Of a stretch of 23,270 nt of DNA, positions 8,894 to 18,418 are shown piece by piece (the stretch's first letter is position 1; the number at the start of each line of letters is the position of its first letter). The notes under the pieces are model-generated. The model had not been told where the DNA came from, ran no database searches, and saw only the letters and a list, made by a program, of their open reading frames with translations. The position numbers and the translations under genes are program-made. The stretch comes from Anaerolineae bacterium (GTDB lineage Bacteria > Chloroflexota > Anaerolineae > S140-20), in assembly GCA_027021705.1 (NCBI GenBank), contig JALUTT010000161.1, positions 1 through 23,270 on the forward strand, written 5' to 3'.

Positions 8894-9553
8894 CTATCCC
8901 ACATAGCGGAAGAGGGCCACGGCTATGGCTGAGTAGACAAAGATGAGGGCGCCGACGAGCAGCCCACCCAGCGCCCAATCCCGCACCGGGCGCTTCTCCA
9001 GCCAAGCGACGATGACGCAGAGGCTGGCGATGAGGGCGACGAAGGTGAGGATCACCCAGTGGCTTACGTGGGCCAGGAGCGAGGCGTTGATGTAGCGCCA
9101 GGCGTGGGCCTGATAGGCCATCTCCTCGTACCAGGTGTGCAGGATTGAGCCGACCACCGTCACCAGGCCGATGGCGGGCCACAGGCCGATCCGCCTCTTC
9201 AGCCAGAGGGTCAGGTAGCCGAGTTGAAGGAAGGCGAAGCCCCAGCCGGCGATGATGTAGTCAGGCGTCTCCCAGATTCGGAAGAGGGCGTAGTCATAGA
9301 CCAGCGTCTCGACGACCCGGGCGTGGTACCAGTCGGTGAGAAGCTGCACCAGGTCGGCGAAGAGGGGCAACACTAGCAGGCGGACCAGCAGACGGTTGCG
9401 GGTGAGGCCGGTGTAGACCAGGTAGGTCAGGACCATCTGCCAAGCAATGAAGGAAAAAGCCCACGGTCGGCGGAGGACCAGGCCGGCCAGACTCACCTCC
9501 AGCACCGTGAGCACCATCGTCACCAGGATCAGGCGGTCGGTACGGCTGTCCAT
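8894..9553 (-). CDS. hypothetical multi-pass membrane protein (DUF6989-like, tentative)
   Basis: AGGAGG RBS; about 7 hydrophobic segments; DW..V..TLVY, IWETP and YEEMAY patterns. Confidence 0.7.
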   Translation of the reverse strand: MDSRTDRLILVTMVLTVLEVSLAGLVLRRPWAFSFIAWQMVLTYLVYTGLTRNRLLVRLLVLPLFADLVQLLTDWYHARVVETLVYDYALFRIWETPDYIIAGWGFAFLQLGYLTLWLKRRIGLWPAIGLVTVVGSILHTWYEEMAYQAHAWRYINASLLAHVSHWVILTFVALIASLCVIVAWLEKRPVRDWALGGLLVGALIFVYSAIAVALFRYVG

Positions 9554-9648
9554 CGGGCCTCCTGGATTGGGTTTGCGAGGTCCCCTGAGTTCCTAGCGTC
9601 GGGATCCCTCCTCCGACGCAGGTGGACTTTGGATGGGCAGACGTCGAG

Positions 9649-9676
9649 ATTATACTCCATCCTGGGGAGGAAGCAA
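9649..9676 (-). promoter_or_regulatory. sigma70-type promoter for the leftward membrane/ABC genes
   Basis: TTGCTT-16 bp-TATAAT on the minus strand. Confidence 0.6.
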
Positions 9677-9685
9677 GGGGGCGGT

Positions 9686-9714
9686 TTGACCAGAATGCCA
9701 ACTGCGGTTATAAT
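9686..9714 (+). promoter_or_regulatory. sigma70-type promoter of ppdK
   Basis: TTGACC-17 bp-TATAAT, near consensus. Confidence 0.75.
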
Positions 9715-9850
9715 CGAGGCTGTCTGGAGGACAACCCTCACCCATAGAAGCCCAGCCCCCTCCTGCCATCTCCCAGGAGCCTCGGGCTCCTGGTACGCTT
9801 CGGTCAACGCCACGAAGGCATAACACAAAGCACGAAGGAGGATGGAAACC

Positions 9851-12604
9851 GTGAGCAAGAAGTGGGTCTACTTGTTCGACGAAGTGGATGAAGCGGAGGC
9901 TTATGCCGGCGATTGGGAGGGCGTGCGTAGCCTGCTCGGCGGCAAAGGGGCCGGTCTGGCCGATATGACTCGGGCCGGTATCCCCGTGCCTCCCGGCTTC
10001 ACCATCACCACCGAAGCCTGCAACGCCTACCTCTCCGCCGGCGAGAAGTTCCCCGACGGAATGTGGGAGCAGACCCTGGAAGCCCTCAAAAAGGTCGAGG
10101 AACGGACGGGCAAGGGATTTGGTGACCCCGAAAACCCGCTCCTCGTCTCTGTCCGGTCGGGGGCCAAATTCTCGATGCCCGGCATGATGGACACCGTCCT
10201 CAACGTCGGCCTCAACGACGAGACCGTCCAGGGGATGATCCGGCTGACGGGCAACGAGCGCTTCGGTTGGGATGCCTATCGGCGGCTCATCTCGATGTTC
10301 GGTTCCATCGTGATGGGCATCCCCGATGAGGCTTTCGACGAGGCGATGGACGAGCTGAAGCGGGAGCGGGGAGCGACCTTGGATACGGACCTGACGGCCG
10401 AGGATCTGAAGGAATTGGTCCGGCGGTTCAAGGCGATCTACAAGCAGCACACCGGCAGCGACTTCCCTCAGGACCCCGTTGAGCAACTCCGCCTGGCCAC
10501 CGAGGCCGTCTTCAAGAGTTGGTTCGGCAAGCGAGCAGTGGACTATCGAAACGCCACCGGCATCCCCCACGACTTGGGGACGGCGGTCAACGTGGTGACG
10601 ATGGTCTTCGGCAATATGGGGTGGGACAGCGGCACCGGCGTGGCCTTCACTCGGGACCCGGCCACCGGTGAGAAGAAGCTCTACGGCGAATACCTCCTCA
10701 ACGCCCAGGGCGAGGACGTGGTGGCCGGCATCCGCACCCCCAAGCCCATTGTCGAGATGGAGAAGGAGCTTCCCGAAGCCTTCGCCCAGTTCCTGGAGAT
10801 CTGTGAGCGACTGGAGCGTCATTACAAGGATATGCAGGACGTGGAGTTCACCATTGAGCGGGGCAGGCTTTGGATGCTCCAGACCCGGACGGGGAAGCGA
10901 ACGGCCCAGGCCGCTGTCAAGATCGCTGTGGACTTGTGCAAGGAAGGGATCATTGACAAGGCGACGGCCGTGCAGCGGGTGACGCCCGATCAGGTGGACA
11001 TGCTCCTGCACCCCCAGTTCGACCTGCAGGCCAAGGAGGAGGCCGTAGAGGCCGGTCGCCTGCTGGCAACAGGCGTCAACGCTTCCCCCGGCGCGGCCGT
11101 GGGCATGCTCGCCTTCGACGCCGACACCGCCGAGGAGTGGGGTAAGGGTGGCAAGCCCGTCATCCTTATCCGACCTGAGACCAAGCCCGACGACGTGCAC
11201 GGCATGCTGGCCGCCAAGGGCATCCTCACCAGCCGGGGCGGGGCAACCTCCCACGCCGCCGTCGTCGCCCGTCAGTTCGGCATCCCCGCCGTCGTCGGCT
11301 GCGAGGCCCTGGAGATTGACCTGGACAAGCGCACCGTCTCGGTCAACAGCATCACCCTCAAGGAGGGCGATTTCGTCTCCATTGACGGGGGCTCCGGCGA
11401 GGTCTTCGTGGGCGAGATCCCGACCGTCGCGCCCAGCTTCGAGGAACAGCCTGATCTGGTGACACTGCTGGAGTGGGCCGACGAGATCGCCGCCCAGGAG
11501 GGTGTCCGCCAGTGGCCCGAGGGCTATCAGGGCTATCCGACCCGGGGGCTCCAGGTTTGGGCCAACGCCGACTACCCCAAGGATGCCCAGCGGGCCCGCA
11601 ACTTCGGCGCTCGGGGGATCGGTCTCTGCCGCACGGAGCACATGTTCTTCGAGGAAGAGCGGCTGCCCATCGTCCAGAAGATGATCTTGGCCAAGACCGC
11701 CGAGGAGCGGGAGACCTATCTGAACCAGTTGCTCCCCTTCCAGCGAGAGGACTTCCGAGGCATCCTGCGAGCGATGGCCCCTTATCCCGTCATCATCCGG
11801 CTCATTGACCCGCCCCTCCACGAGTTCCTCCCCTCCTACGAGGAGCTGCTGGTCGAGGTGACGGAGATGCGGGTCAAGGGCATCAGCGGCCCTGAGCTGG
11901 AAGAGAAAGAGCGGTTGCTGGCCGCCGTGGAGGCGATGCGGGAGGCCAACCCGATGATGGGGTTGCGGGGCGTCCGGCTGAGCATCGTGATGCCTGAGAT
12001 CGTCAAGATGCAGGTGCGGGCCATCTTCGAGGCTGCCTGCTTGGAGGCCAAGGAAGGCGTGGACGTGCACCCCGAGGTGATGATTCCCCTGACCAGTTCG
12101 GTCAACGAGCTCAAGCTGATCCAGACCGAGTTGGAGAAGGTGGCCCGGCAGGTGATGGAAGAGCAGGGGATCGAGGTGGAGTACAAGTTCGGTACGATGA
12201 TCGAGATCCCCCGGGCCGCCTTGACCGCCGATGAGATCGCCGGCGTGGCCCAGTTCTTCTCCTACGGCACCAACGACCTGACGCAGATGACTTTCGGCTT
12301 CTCCCGGGATGATGCCGAGGGCAAGTTCCTGATGGACTACATCGAGAAGGGGATCCTCCCGGCCAACCCCTTCCAGACGCTGGATCAGGAGGGCGTGGGG
12401 AAGCTGGTGGAGATGGGGACGCGGCTGGGCCGTCAGACCCGTCCCGAGCTGGAGGTGGGTATCTGCGGGGAGCATGGTGGTGATCCCGAGTCCATTGACT
12501 TCTGTCACCGGGCCGGGCTGAACTACGTGAGCTGCTCCCCCTTCCGGGTGCCCATCGCCCGGCTGGCGGCGGCCCACGCTGCCCTGCGCCACGCGCCCCA
12601 GTGA
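9851..12604 (+). CDS. ppdK: pyruvate, phosphate dikinase
   Basis: LLGGKGAGLA, PLLVSVRSGA..SMPGMMDT, phospho-His motif GGATSHAAVVAR, GIGLCRTEHMFF, FFSYGTNDLTQ, GICGEHGGDP. GTG 9851 is preferred over ATG 9842 because AGGAGG directly abuts 9842. Confidence 0.97.
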   Translation: MSKKWVYLFDEVDEAEAYAGDWEGVRSLLGGKGAGLADMTRAGIPVPPGFTITTEACNAYLSAGEKFPDGMWEQTLEALKKVEERTGKGFGDPENPLLVSVRSGAKFSMPGMMDTVLNVGLNDETVQGMIRLTGNERFGWDAYRRLISMFGSIVMGIPDEAFDEAMDELKRERGATLDTDLTAEDLKELVRRFKAIYKQHTGSDFPQDPVEQLRLATEAVFKSWFGKRAVDYRNATGIPHDLGTAVNVVTMVFGNMGWDSGTGVAFTRDPATGEKKLYGEYLLNAQGEDVVAGIRTPKPIVEMEKELPEAFAQFLEICERLERHYKDMQDVEFTIERGRLWMLQTRTGKRTAQAAVKIAVDLCKEGIIDKATAVQRVTPDQVDMLLHPQFDLQAKEEAVEAGRLLATGVNASPGAAVGMLAFDADTAEEWGKGGKPVILIRPETKPDDVHGMLAAKGILTSRGGATSHAAVVARQFGIPAVVGCEALEIDLDKRTVSVNSITLKEGDFVSIDGGSGEVFVGEIPTVAPSFEEQPDLVTLLEWADEIAAQEGVRQWPEGYQGYPTRGLQVWANADYPKDAQRARNFGARGIGLCRTEHMFFEEERLPIVQKMILAKTAEERETYLNQLLPFQREDFRGILRAMAPYPVIIRLIDPPLHEFLPSYEELLVEVTEMRVKGISGPELEEKERLLAAVEAMREANPMMGLRGVRLSIVMPEIVKMQVRAIFEAACLEAKEGVDVHPEVMIPLTSSVNELKLIQTELEKVARQVMEEQGIEVEYKFGTMIEIPRAALTADEIAGVAQFFSYGTNDLTQMTFGFSRDDAEGKFLMDYIEKGILPANPFQTLDQEGVGKLVEMGTRLGRQTRPELEVGICGEHGGDPESIDFCHRAGLNYVSCSPFRVPIARLAAAHAALRHAPQ

Positions 12605-12621
12605 GCACGTTCCTTCCCAGA

Positions 12622-12653
12622 GGTGCCCGGCACGTCAAAACGTGCCGGGCACC
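12622..12653 (+). terminator. stem-loop after ppdK
   Basis: Perfect 14-bp stem GGTGCCCGGCACGT-CAAA-ACGTGCCGGGCACC; no U-tract. Confidence 0.6.
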
Positions 12654-12672
12654 GAAAACATCGGTAGCCCCC

Positions 12673-12701
12673 TTGTAGCTTTGACGGAAGCGAGGTACAA
12701 T
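12673..12701 (+). promoter_or_regulatory. putative sigma70 promoter upstream of the Rpn module and dnaG-rpoD
   Basis: TTGTAG-17 bp-TACAAT. Confidence 0.5.
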
Positions 12702-12725
12702 TGGGGAAGGGTAGCGAGGTGGGAT

Positions 12726-13007
12726 ATGACCGTCCTACGCGAGTCCCCTTGGTACAGAGAAATTCTGGAGGAGGGCCTCCAGCAAGGGTTGTAGCAAGGC
12801 CTTCAGCAGGGCCTCCAGCAGGGCCTGCGCCAGGGTGTGGTGCGTCTCCTCCAAGAGCGCTTCGGCACGGCCAACGGCCAGATGGAAGCCATTGGCCGCG
12901 ATCTGGAAGCCATCCGGGACCCCGATCTGCTCCAGGACCTGCTGGTCGAAGCGGCCCGTACCGAAAGCCTGGACGCTTTCCTCGATCGCCTGCGGTCCCT
13001 TGCCTAA
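12726..13007 (+). pseudogene. stand-alone Rpn/YhgA-type (DUF4351-like) C-terminal module with one in-frame TAG
   Basis: MTVLRESPWYREILEEGLQQGL*QGLQQGLQQGLRQGVVRLLQERFG..IRDPDLLQDLLVEAARTESLDAFLDRL. TAG at 12792-12794 replaces CAG in a GLQQ repeat. GAGGTG RBS. Confidence 0.75.
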
Positions 13008-13082
13008 GCACCTTTCTACGCCGGTACCGAGCCATCGCCGATTGGCCTGCCGGCCCGTTGGCCGGCTGACTCCCGGACCCCG

Positions 13083-15062
13083 ATGAACGTCGTAGACGAG
13101 ATCAAGGAACGGCTGGACATCGTGGACTTCGTCTCCCGCCACGTCCAGCTCCAGAAGACAGGACGGAACTACAAGGGGCTCTGTCCTTTCCACAGTGAAC
13201 GGACCCCTTCCTTCGTAGTTTTCCCCGAAACCCAGACCTGGCACTGCTTCGGCGCTTGCAACGAAGGGGGGGACATCTTTTCCTTCGTGATGAAGAAGGA
13301 AGGGTGGGATTTCCGCACCGCACTGGAAGAGCTGGCCCAGCAGGCCGGCGTCACCCTGCGGCCTCGGACGCCCGAACGGGCTGCCGAGCAGGAGCAGTAC
13401 CAACGGCTGCGGGAACTCCTGGTCGAAGCGACTACCTACTTTCACAACCTGCTGCTGAAAGCCCCCCAGGCCGAGTCCGCCCGCGCCTATGTAGCGCAAC
13501 GGGGCCTCAACAGCGAGACGGTTGAGCGCTTTCAACTGGGCTACAGCCTGGACGATTGGCACGCCCTGGAACGCTACCTGGAGAGCCGGGGATACGAACG
13601 GGCCGAGATGGTTCAGGCCGGCCTCCTGGTGGAGCGGGAGGAGGATGGCCGGACCTACGACCGCTTCCGAGGCCGGCTGATGATCCCCATCCGGGACTCC
13701 CGGGGCCGGGTGGTGGGCTTCGGAGCCCGCACCCTGGACCCCGAGGGCGTGCCCAAGTACATCAACTCGCCTCAGACGCCCCTCTTCGACAAGAGCCGCC
13801 TGCTCTTTGGTTTCTCCTTCGCCCGTCCGGCCATTCGGGCGATGGAGACGGCGGTGATCGTCGAGGGGTATATGGACGTGATGCAGGCCCATCAGGCCGG
13901 CTTCACCAACGTCGTGGCCCAGATGGGCACAGCCTTGACCGAGGAACACCTGCGTCAGCTTCACCGATGCGCCCGGCGCATCATCCTGGCCCTCGACCCC
14001 GACGCGGCCGGCAGTCGGGCCACCCTGCGAGGGCTGGACGTGGCCCGAGAGGCGCTGAGCGACGCCTGGGAGCCCGTTTTCGATCCCCGGGGCCTCCTCC
14101 GATACGAGAGTCGGCTGGGCACCGATCTGCGGGTCCTCACCTTGCCTCGAGGATGGGACCCCGACGATCTGATCCGTGACGATCCTGACCGCTGGGCCGC
14201 CCTGGTCGAAGAGGCCGTCCCCCTGGTGGACTACTACTTCGCCGCCGTTCTCGAAGGGCGGGACTTGGAGGACCCGGCCGAGAAGTCCCGGGCCGCTCAG
14301 GTCCTGCTTCCCATCATCCACGAGATTGCCGACCCGGTCCAGCGGGACCACTACCTTCAGAAACTGGCCCGGTTGCTGCGGGTGGATGAACGGACCCTGC
14401 TGGCCCAATGGAGGGGGCGCCGATCCCGGCGAGCCCCTGCCCGTCGGCCTGCCCAGCAGCCGGTATCCGAGCCGGGTGCGTCCCGCCGTCGCCTGGACCT
14501 GGAGAGCTACTGCCTGGCCCGTCTGGTGACCCATCCTGCCCTCCTGGCTGATGTGGATGCTGCCCTCGTCCAGGCGGGGTTGGATCCCTTGCTGCCGGGG
14601 GACTTCGAGGAGAGTCACAATCGGGCGCTCTTCCAGGCCCTGCGCCGGGCTCTGGAAGAGCGGGAGCCGGACACCGTGCCGGTGTGGCTGGAGTCCACAC
14701 TGGAGCCGTGGCTGTTGGAGCATCTGCAATCCCTCCAGACGCTGGATACAGCTCCTCTCCTCTTGAGCGAGCCACGCTGGTTGCGGGAGGCCCGAGCGCT
14801 CCCAGAGTCGGGGGAGGTGAGCGAGGAGAAACTCAGGGAAGACCTGGTCACTAGCGTGCTTCGTCTGAGAGAACGCCATCTCCGGCAGCGGAGCCAGGAA
14901 CTGCGCTTCCTCATTCAGGAACTCCAGGAAGAACCCGGATCGGACTTGGAGATGCCTCGCCGAACGATGCGTGCTTACACCCAGACGCTTCAGCGTCTGC
15001 AACGGGCGTTGGCACTCCGATCTCCCGAAGGACGATGGAGGGTGATGTCGGGACAGGTGTGA
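13083..15062 (+). CDS. dnaG: DNA primase
   Basis: CHC2 zinc finger ([17 protein letters not shown]), [18 protein letters not shown], Toprim VEGYMD and DPDAAG, DPDDL. Confidence 0.97.
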   Translation: MNVVDEIKERLDIVDFVSRHVQLQKTGRNYKGLCPFHSERTPSFVVFPETQTWHCFGACNEGGDIFSFVMKKEGWDFRTALEELAQQAGVTLRPRTPERAAEQEQYQRLRELLVEATTYFHNLLLKAPQAESARAYVAQRGLNSETVERFQLGYSLDDWHALERYLESRGYERAEMVQAGLLVEREEDGRTYDRFRGRLMIPIRDSRGRVVGFGARTLDPEGVPKYINSPQTPLFDKSRLLFGFSFARPAIRAMETAVIVEGYMDVMQAHQAGFTNVVAQMGTALTEEHLRQLHRCARRIILALDPDAAGSRATLRGLDVAREALSDAWEPVFDPRGLLRYESRLGTDLRVLTLPRGWDPDDLIRDDPDRWAALVEEAVPLVDYYFAAVLEGRDLEDPAEKSRAAQVLLPIIHEIADPVQRDHYLQKLARLLRVDERTLLAQWRGRRSRRAPARRPAQQPVSEPGASRRRLDLESYCLARLVTHPALLADVDAALVQAGLDPLLPGDFEESHNRALFQALRRALEEREPDTVPVWLESTLEPWLLEHLQSLQTLDTAPLLLSEPRWLREARALPESGEVSEEKLREDLVTSVLRLRERHLRQRSQELRFLIQELQEEPGSDLEMPRRTMRAYTQTLQRLQRALALRSPEGRWRVMSGQV

Positions 15063-15081
15063 TCTTCTGAGGCAATGTCTG

Positions 15082-16749
15082 ATGACTGAGCAAAAGCAGG
15101 ACCCCACCAATCCGGAATCCTTCTTGGATCAACTGGTCGAGCAAGGCATCCGTCAGCGTTACCTCACGGATCAGGACATCCAGGCTGCTTTGACGGAGGC
15201 TTCCGTGGAGTCGTTAAACGCATTCTATCGTCGTCTGGCGGAGGAAGGTATCGAGATCCTCCCTGTCGAGGAACCCTCAGAAGGTCCGGCCCTGGAGGAG
15301 TTGGAGGCCCTGGAGAAGACAGCCCCGGAGAAAGAGGAACTCCTGACCGAAGAGATCGAGGCGGAAATCGAGGAATTGGCCGATGACCCGGTCCGTATGT
15401 ACCTTCGGGAGATCGGCCAGATCCCCTTGCTCACCCCTGATGAGGAGATGCGCCTTTCCACCCAGATGGCTGCGCTGGATTACTTGAACACCTTGGCCGA
15501 CCAGCTTCGGGAAGAGCAGGGGGGAGAACCGACACCCGCCGAACTGCTGAAGGTAGCCTATAGGGAACTGCGGGCCCACTGGAAGCAGGCCCTTGAGACC
15601 GGCCAGGAACTGGGCGTCGAGCCTCCCGGTCTGGATCTCTTCATCCAGGAGGCCAGGGCCTTACGTCGGCACTGGCGGCAGGATGCTCCCTCTCGCTTCC
15701 GGGCCTTCATCGAAGAGGGGAAGGCCAATGAACAGGAGGAGACTTGGAAGGTCCTAACCGATGCCCTCTTTGCCCTTTACCAAGGTCTCTACCTGCTCCC
15801 GGAGCCGCTCTTGGACCGCCTGATGGCCCACTACCGGCGATACCGGCGGCTGCCCCGCCCCTCGACCTTTGACCGATGGCTGCGCGAGCTCGAAGAAGCG
15901 GTCCTGCACAGGAACCTGAAGCAGCTTGAGACCTGGTCGGCGGAAGCCAAACAGGCGCTCATCCGGTCCAACCTGCGCCTGGTAGTCAGCGTCGCCAAGC
16001 GGTATATGGGTCGGGGGATCGCCTTTCTGGACCTGATTCAGGAGGGGAACATTGGGCTCCTGCGGGCCGTGGAGAAGTTCGACCACACCAAGGGGTACAA
16101 GTTCTCCACCTACGCGACCTGGTGGATCCGTCAGGCTATCAGCCGGGCTATCGCTGATCAAGCCCGCACCATCCGCATTCCGGTCCATATGGTCGAGACG
16201 ATCAACCGGCTGCACCGGGTTCAGCGGGACCTGGCCCAGGAATTGGGACGGGAGCCGACGTCGGAAGAGATTGCCCTAGAGATGGATTTCCTGGAGCCCC
16301 AGGAGGTGGTTGCCATCCAACAGGCCTGGGCGGTGGGTGAGCGGCCTGAACCGGCGCTGCAACGCAAGCTTCGCCGGGCTGCCGCGAAGGTACGGCGCAT
16401 TGTCCGTCTCTCTCAAGAGCCGATGTCCTTGGAGATGCCGGTGGGCAACGAGGAATCCAGCGAACTGGGCGATTTCATCGAGGACGAGTCCATCCCTGGC
16501 CCGGCGGACATCGCCTCCAACGAGCTCCTGAAGAAGCACGTGCGGGAGATCCTGGATCACCTCACAGAGAGAGAGCGTGAGGTCCTGGAGATGCGCTTCG
16601 GGCTCAAGGACGGCGAGGGCCACACTTTGGAGGAAGTCGGACAGGCCTTTGGTGTCACCCGCGAACGGATTCGACAGATCGAGGCGAAAGCGCTCCGCAA
16701 GCTTCGCCATCCTTTCCGCAGTCGTCAGTTGCGGGACTACTTGGGGTAG
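15082..16749 (+). CDS. rpoD: primary RNA polymerase sigma-70 factor
   Basis: [12 protein letters not shown] (region 1.2), [55 protein letters not shown]; directly after dnaG. Confidence 0.95.
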   Translation: MTEQKQDPTNPESFLDQLVEQGIRQRYLTDQDIQAALTEASVESLNAFYRRLAEEGIEILPVEEPSEGPALEELEALEKTAPEKEELLTEEIEAEIEELADDPVRMYLREIGQIPLLTPDEEMRLSTQMAALDYLNTLADQLREEQGGEPTPAELLKVAYRELRAHWKQALETGQELGVEPPGLDLFIQEARALRRHWRQDAPSRFRAFIEEGKANEQEETWKVLTDALFALYQGLYLLPEPLLDRLMAHYRRYRRLPRPSTFDRWLRELEEAVLHRNLKQLETWSAEAKQALIRSNLRLVVSVAKRYMGRGIAFLDLIQEGNIGLLRAVEKFDHTKGYKFSTYATWWIRQAISRAIADQARTIRIPVHMVETINRLHRVQRDLAQELGREPTSEEIALEMDFLEPQEVVAIQQAWAVGERPEPALQRKLRRAAAKVRRIVRLSQEPMSLEMPVGNEESSELGDFIEDESIPGPADIASNELLKKHVREILDHLTEREREVLEMRFGLKDGEGHTLEEVGQAFGVTRERIRQIEAKALRKLRHPFRSRQLRDYLG

Positions 16750-16784
16750 ATGCCCAACGTCCTGCCATCCCCAACCCTTCTATG

Positions 16785-16821
16785 CAAGAGCCCACGGGGA
16801 ACCGTGGGCTCTTGTCCTCTT
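16785..16821 (+). terminator. terminator after rpoD
   Basis: 13-bp stem CAAGAGCCCACGG-GGAA-CCGTGGGCTCTTG, followed by pyrimidines TCCTCTT. Confidence 0.7.
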
Positions 16822-16890
16822 GGGATCAACGGGTGGGGCCCGTTGCTTCACGGCACGTTTCGCGCCCATTCCCTTTCGCCCTTGCCAGGG

Positions 16891-16920
16891 CGCGGACCCG
16901 GCGGGTCGGACGGGTCCGCG
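16891..16920 (-). terminator. stem-loop just after the MFS gene stop
   Basis: 10-bp perfect stem CGCGGACCCG/CGGGTCCGCG, 3 bp from the stop codon. Confidence 0.5.
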
Positions 16921-16923
16921 AGC

Positions 16924-18255
<1,332 letters not shown>

Positions 18256-18305
18256 CGTGCTCTCCTCCTTTGTGTGAATTCGTGTGAAGGGAGGCAGTGG
18301 GTGAA

Positions 18306-18406
18306 ACGGGTCAACGAGTCAGCGAGTCAGCGAGTCAGCGAGTCAGCGAGTCAGCGAGTCAGCGAGTCAGCGAGTCGGCGAGTCGGCGAGTTGGCGAGTC
18401 AGCGAG
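18306..18406. repeat. octamer tandem repeat (GCGAGTCA), about 12.5 units
   Basis: Six consecutive perfect units at 18322-18369 flanked by variants ACGAGTCA, GCGAGTCG and GCGAGTTG. Confidence 0.95.
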
Positions 18407-18418
18407 GGGTGAGGCAGA

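Noticed and set aside
9650..12592. 980-aa minus-strand ORF (also 236..2239, 12735..15110, 18509..20113 and similar)
   Set aside because: Antisense shadows of well-supported genes, expected in GC-rich DNA; no recognisable motifs.
12792..12794. TAG read as pyrrolysine
   Set aside because: It falls at a Gln position in a GLQQ repeat (simple C-to-T change), is not a catalytic site, and no pyl genes are present.
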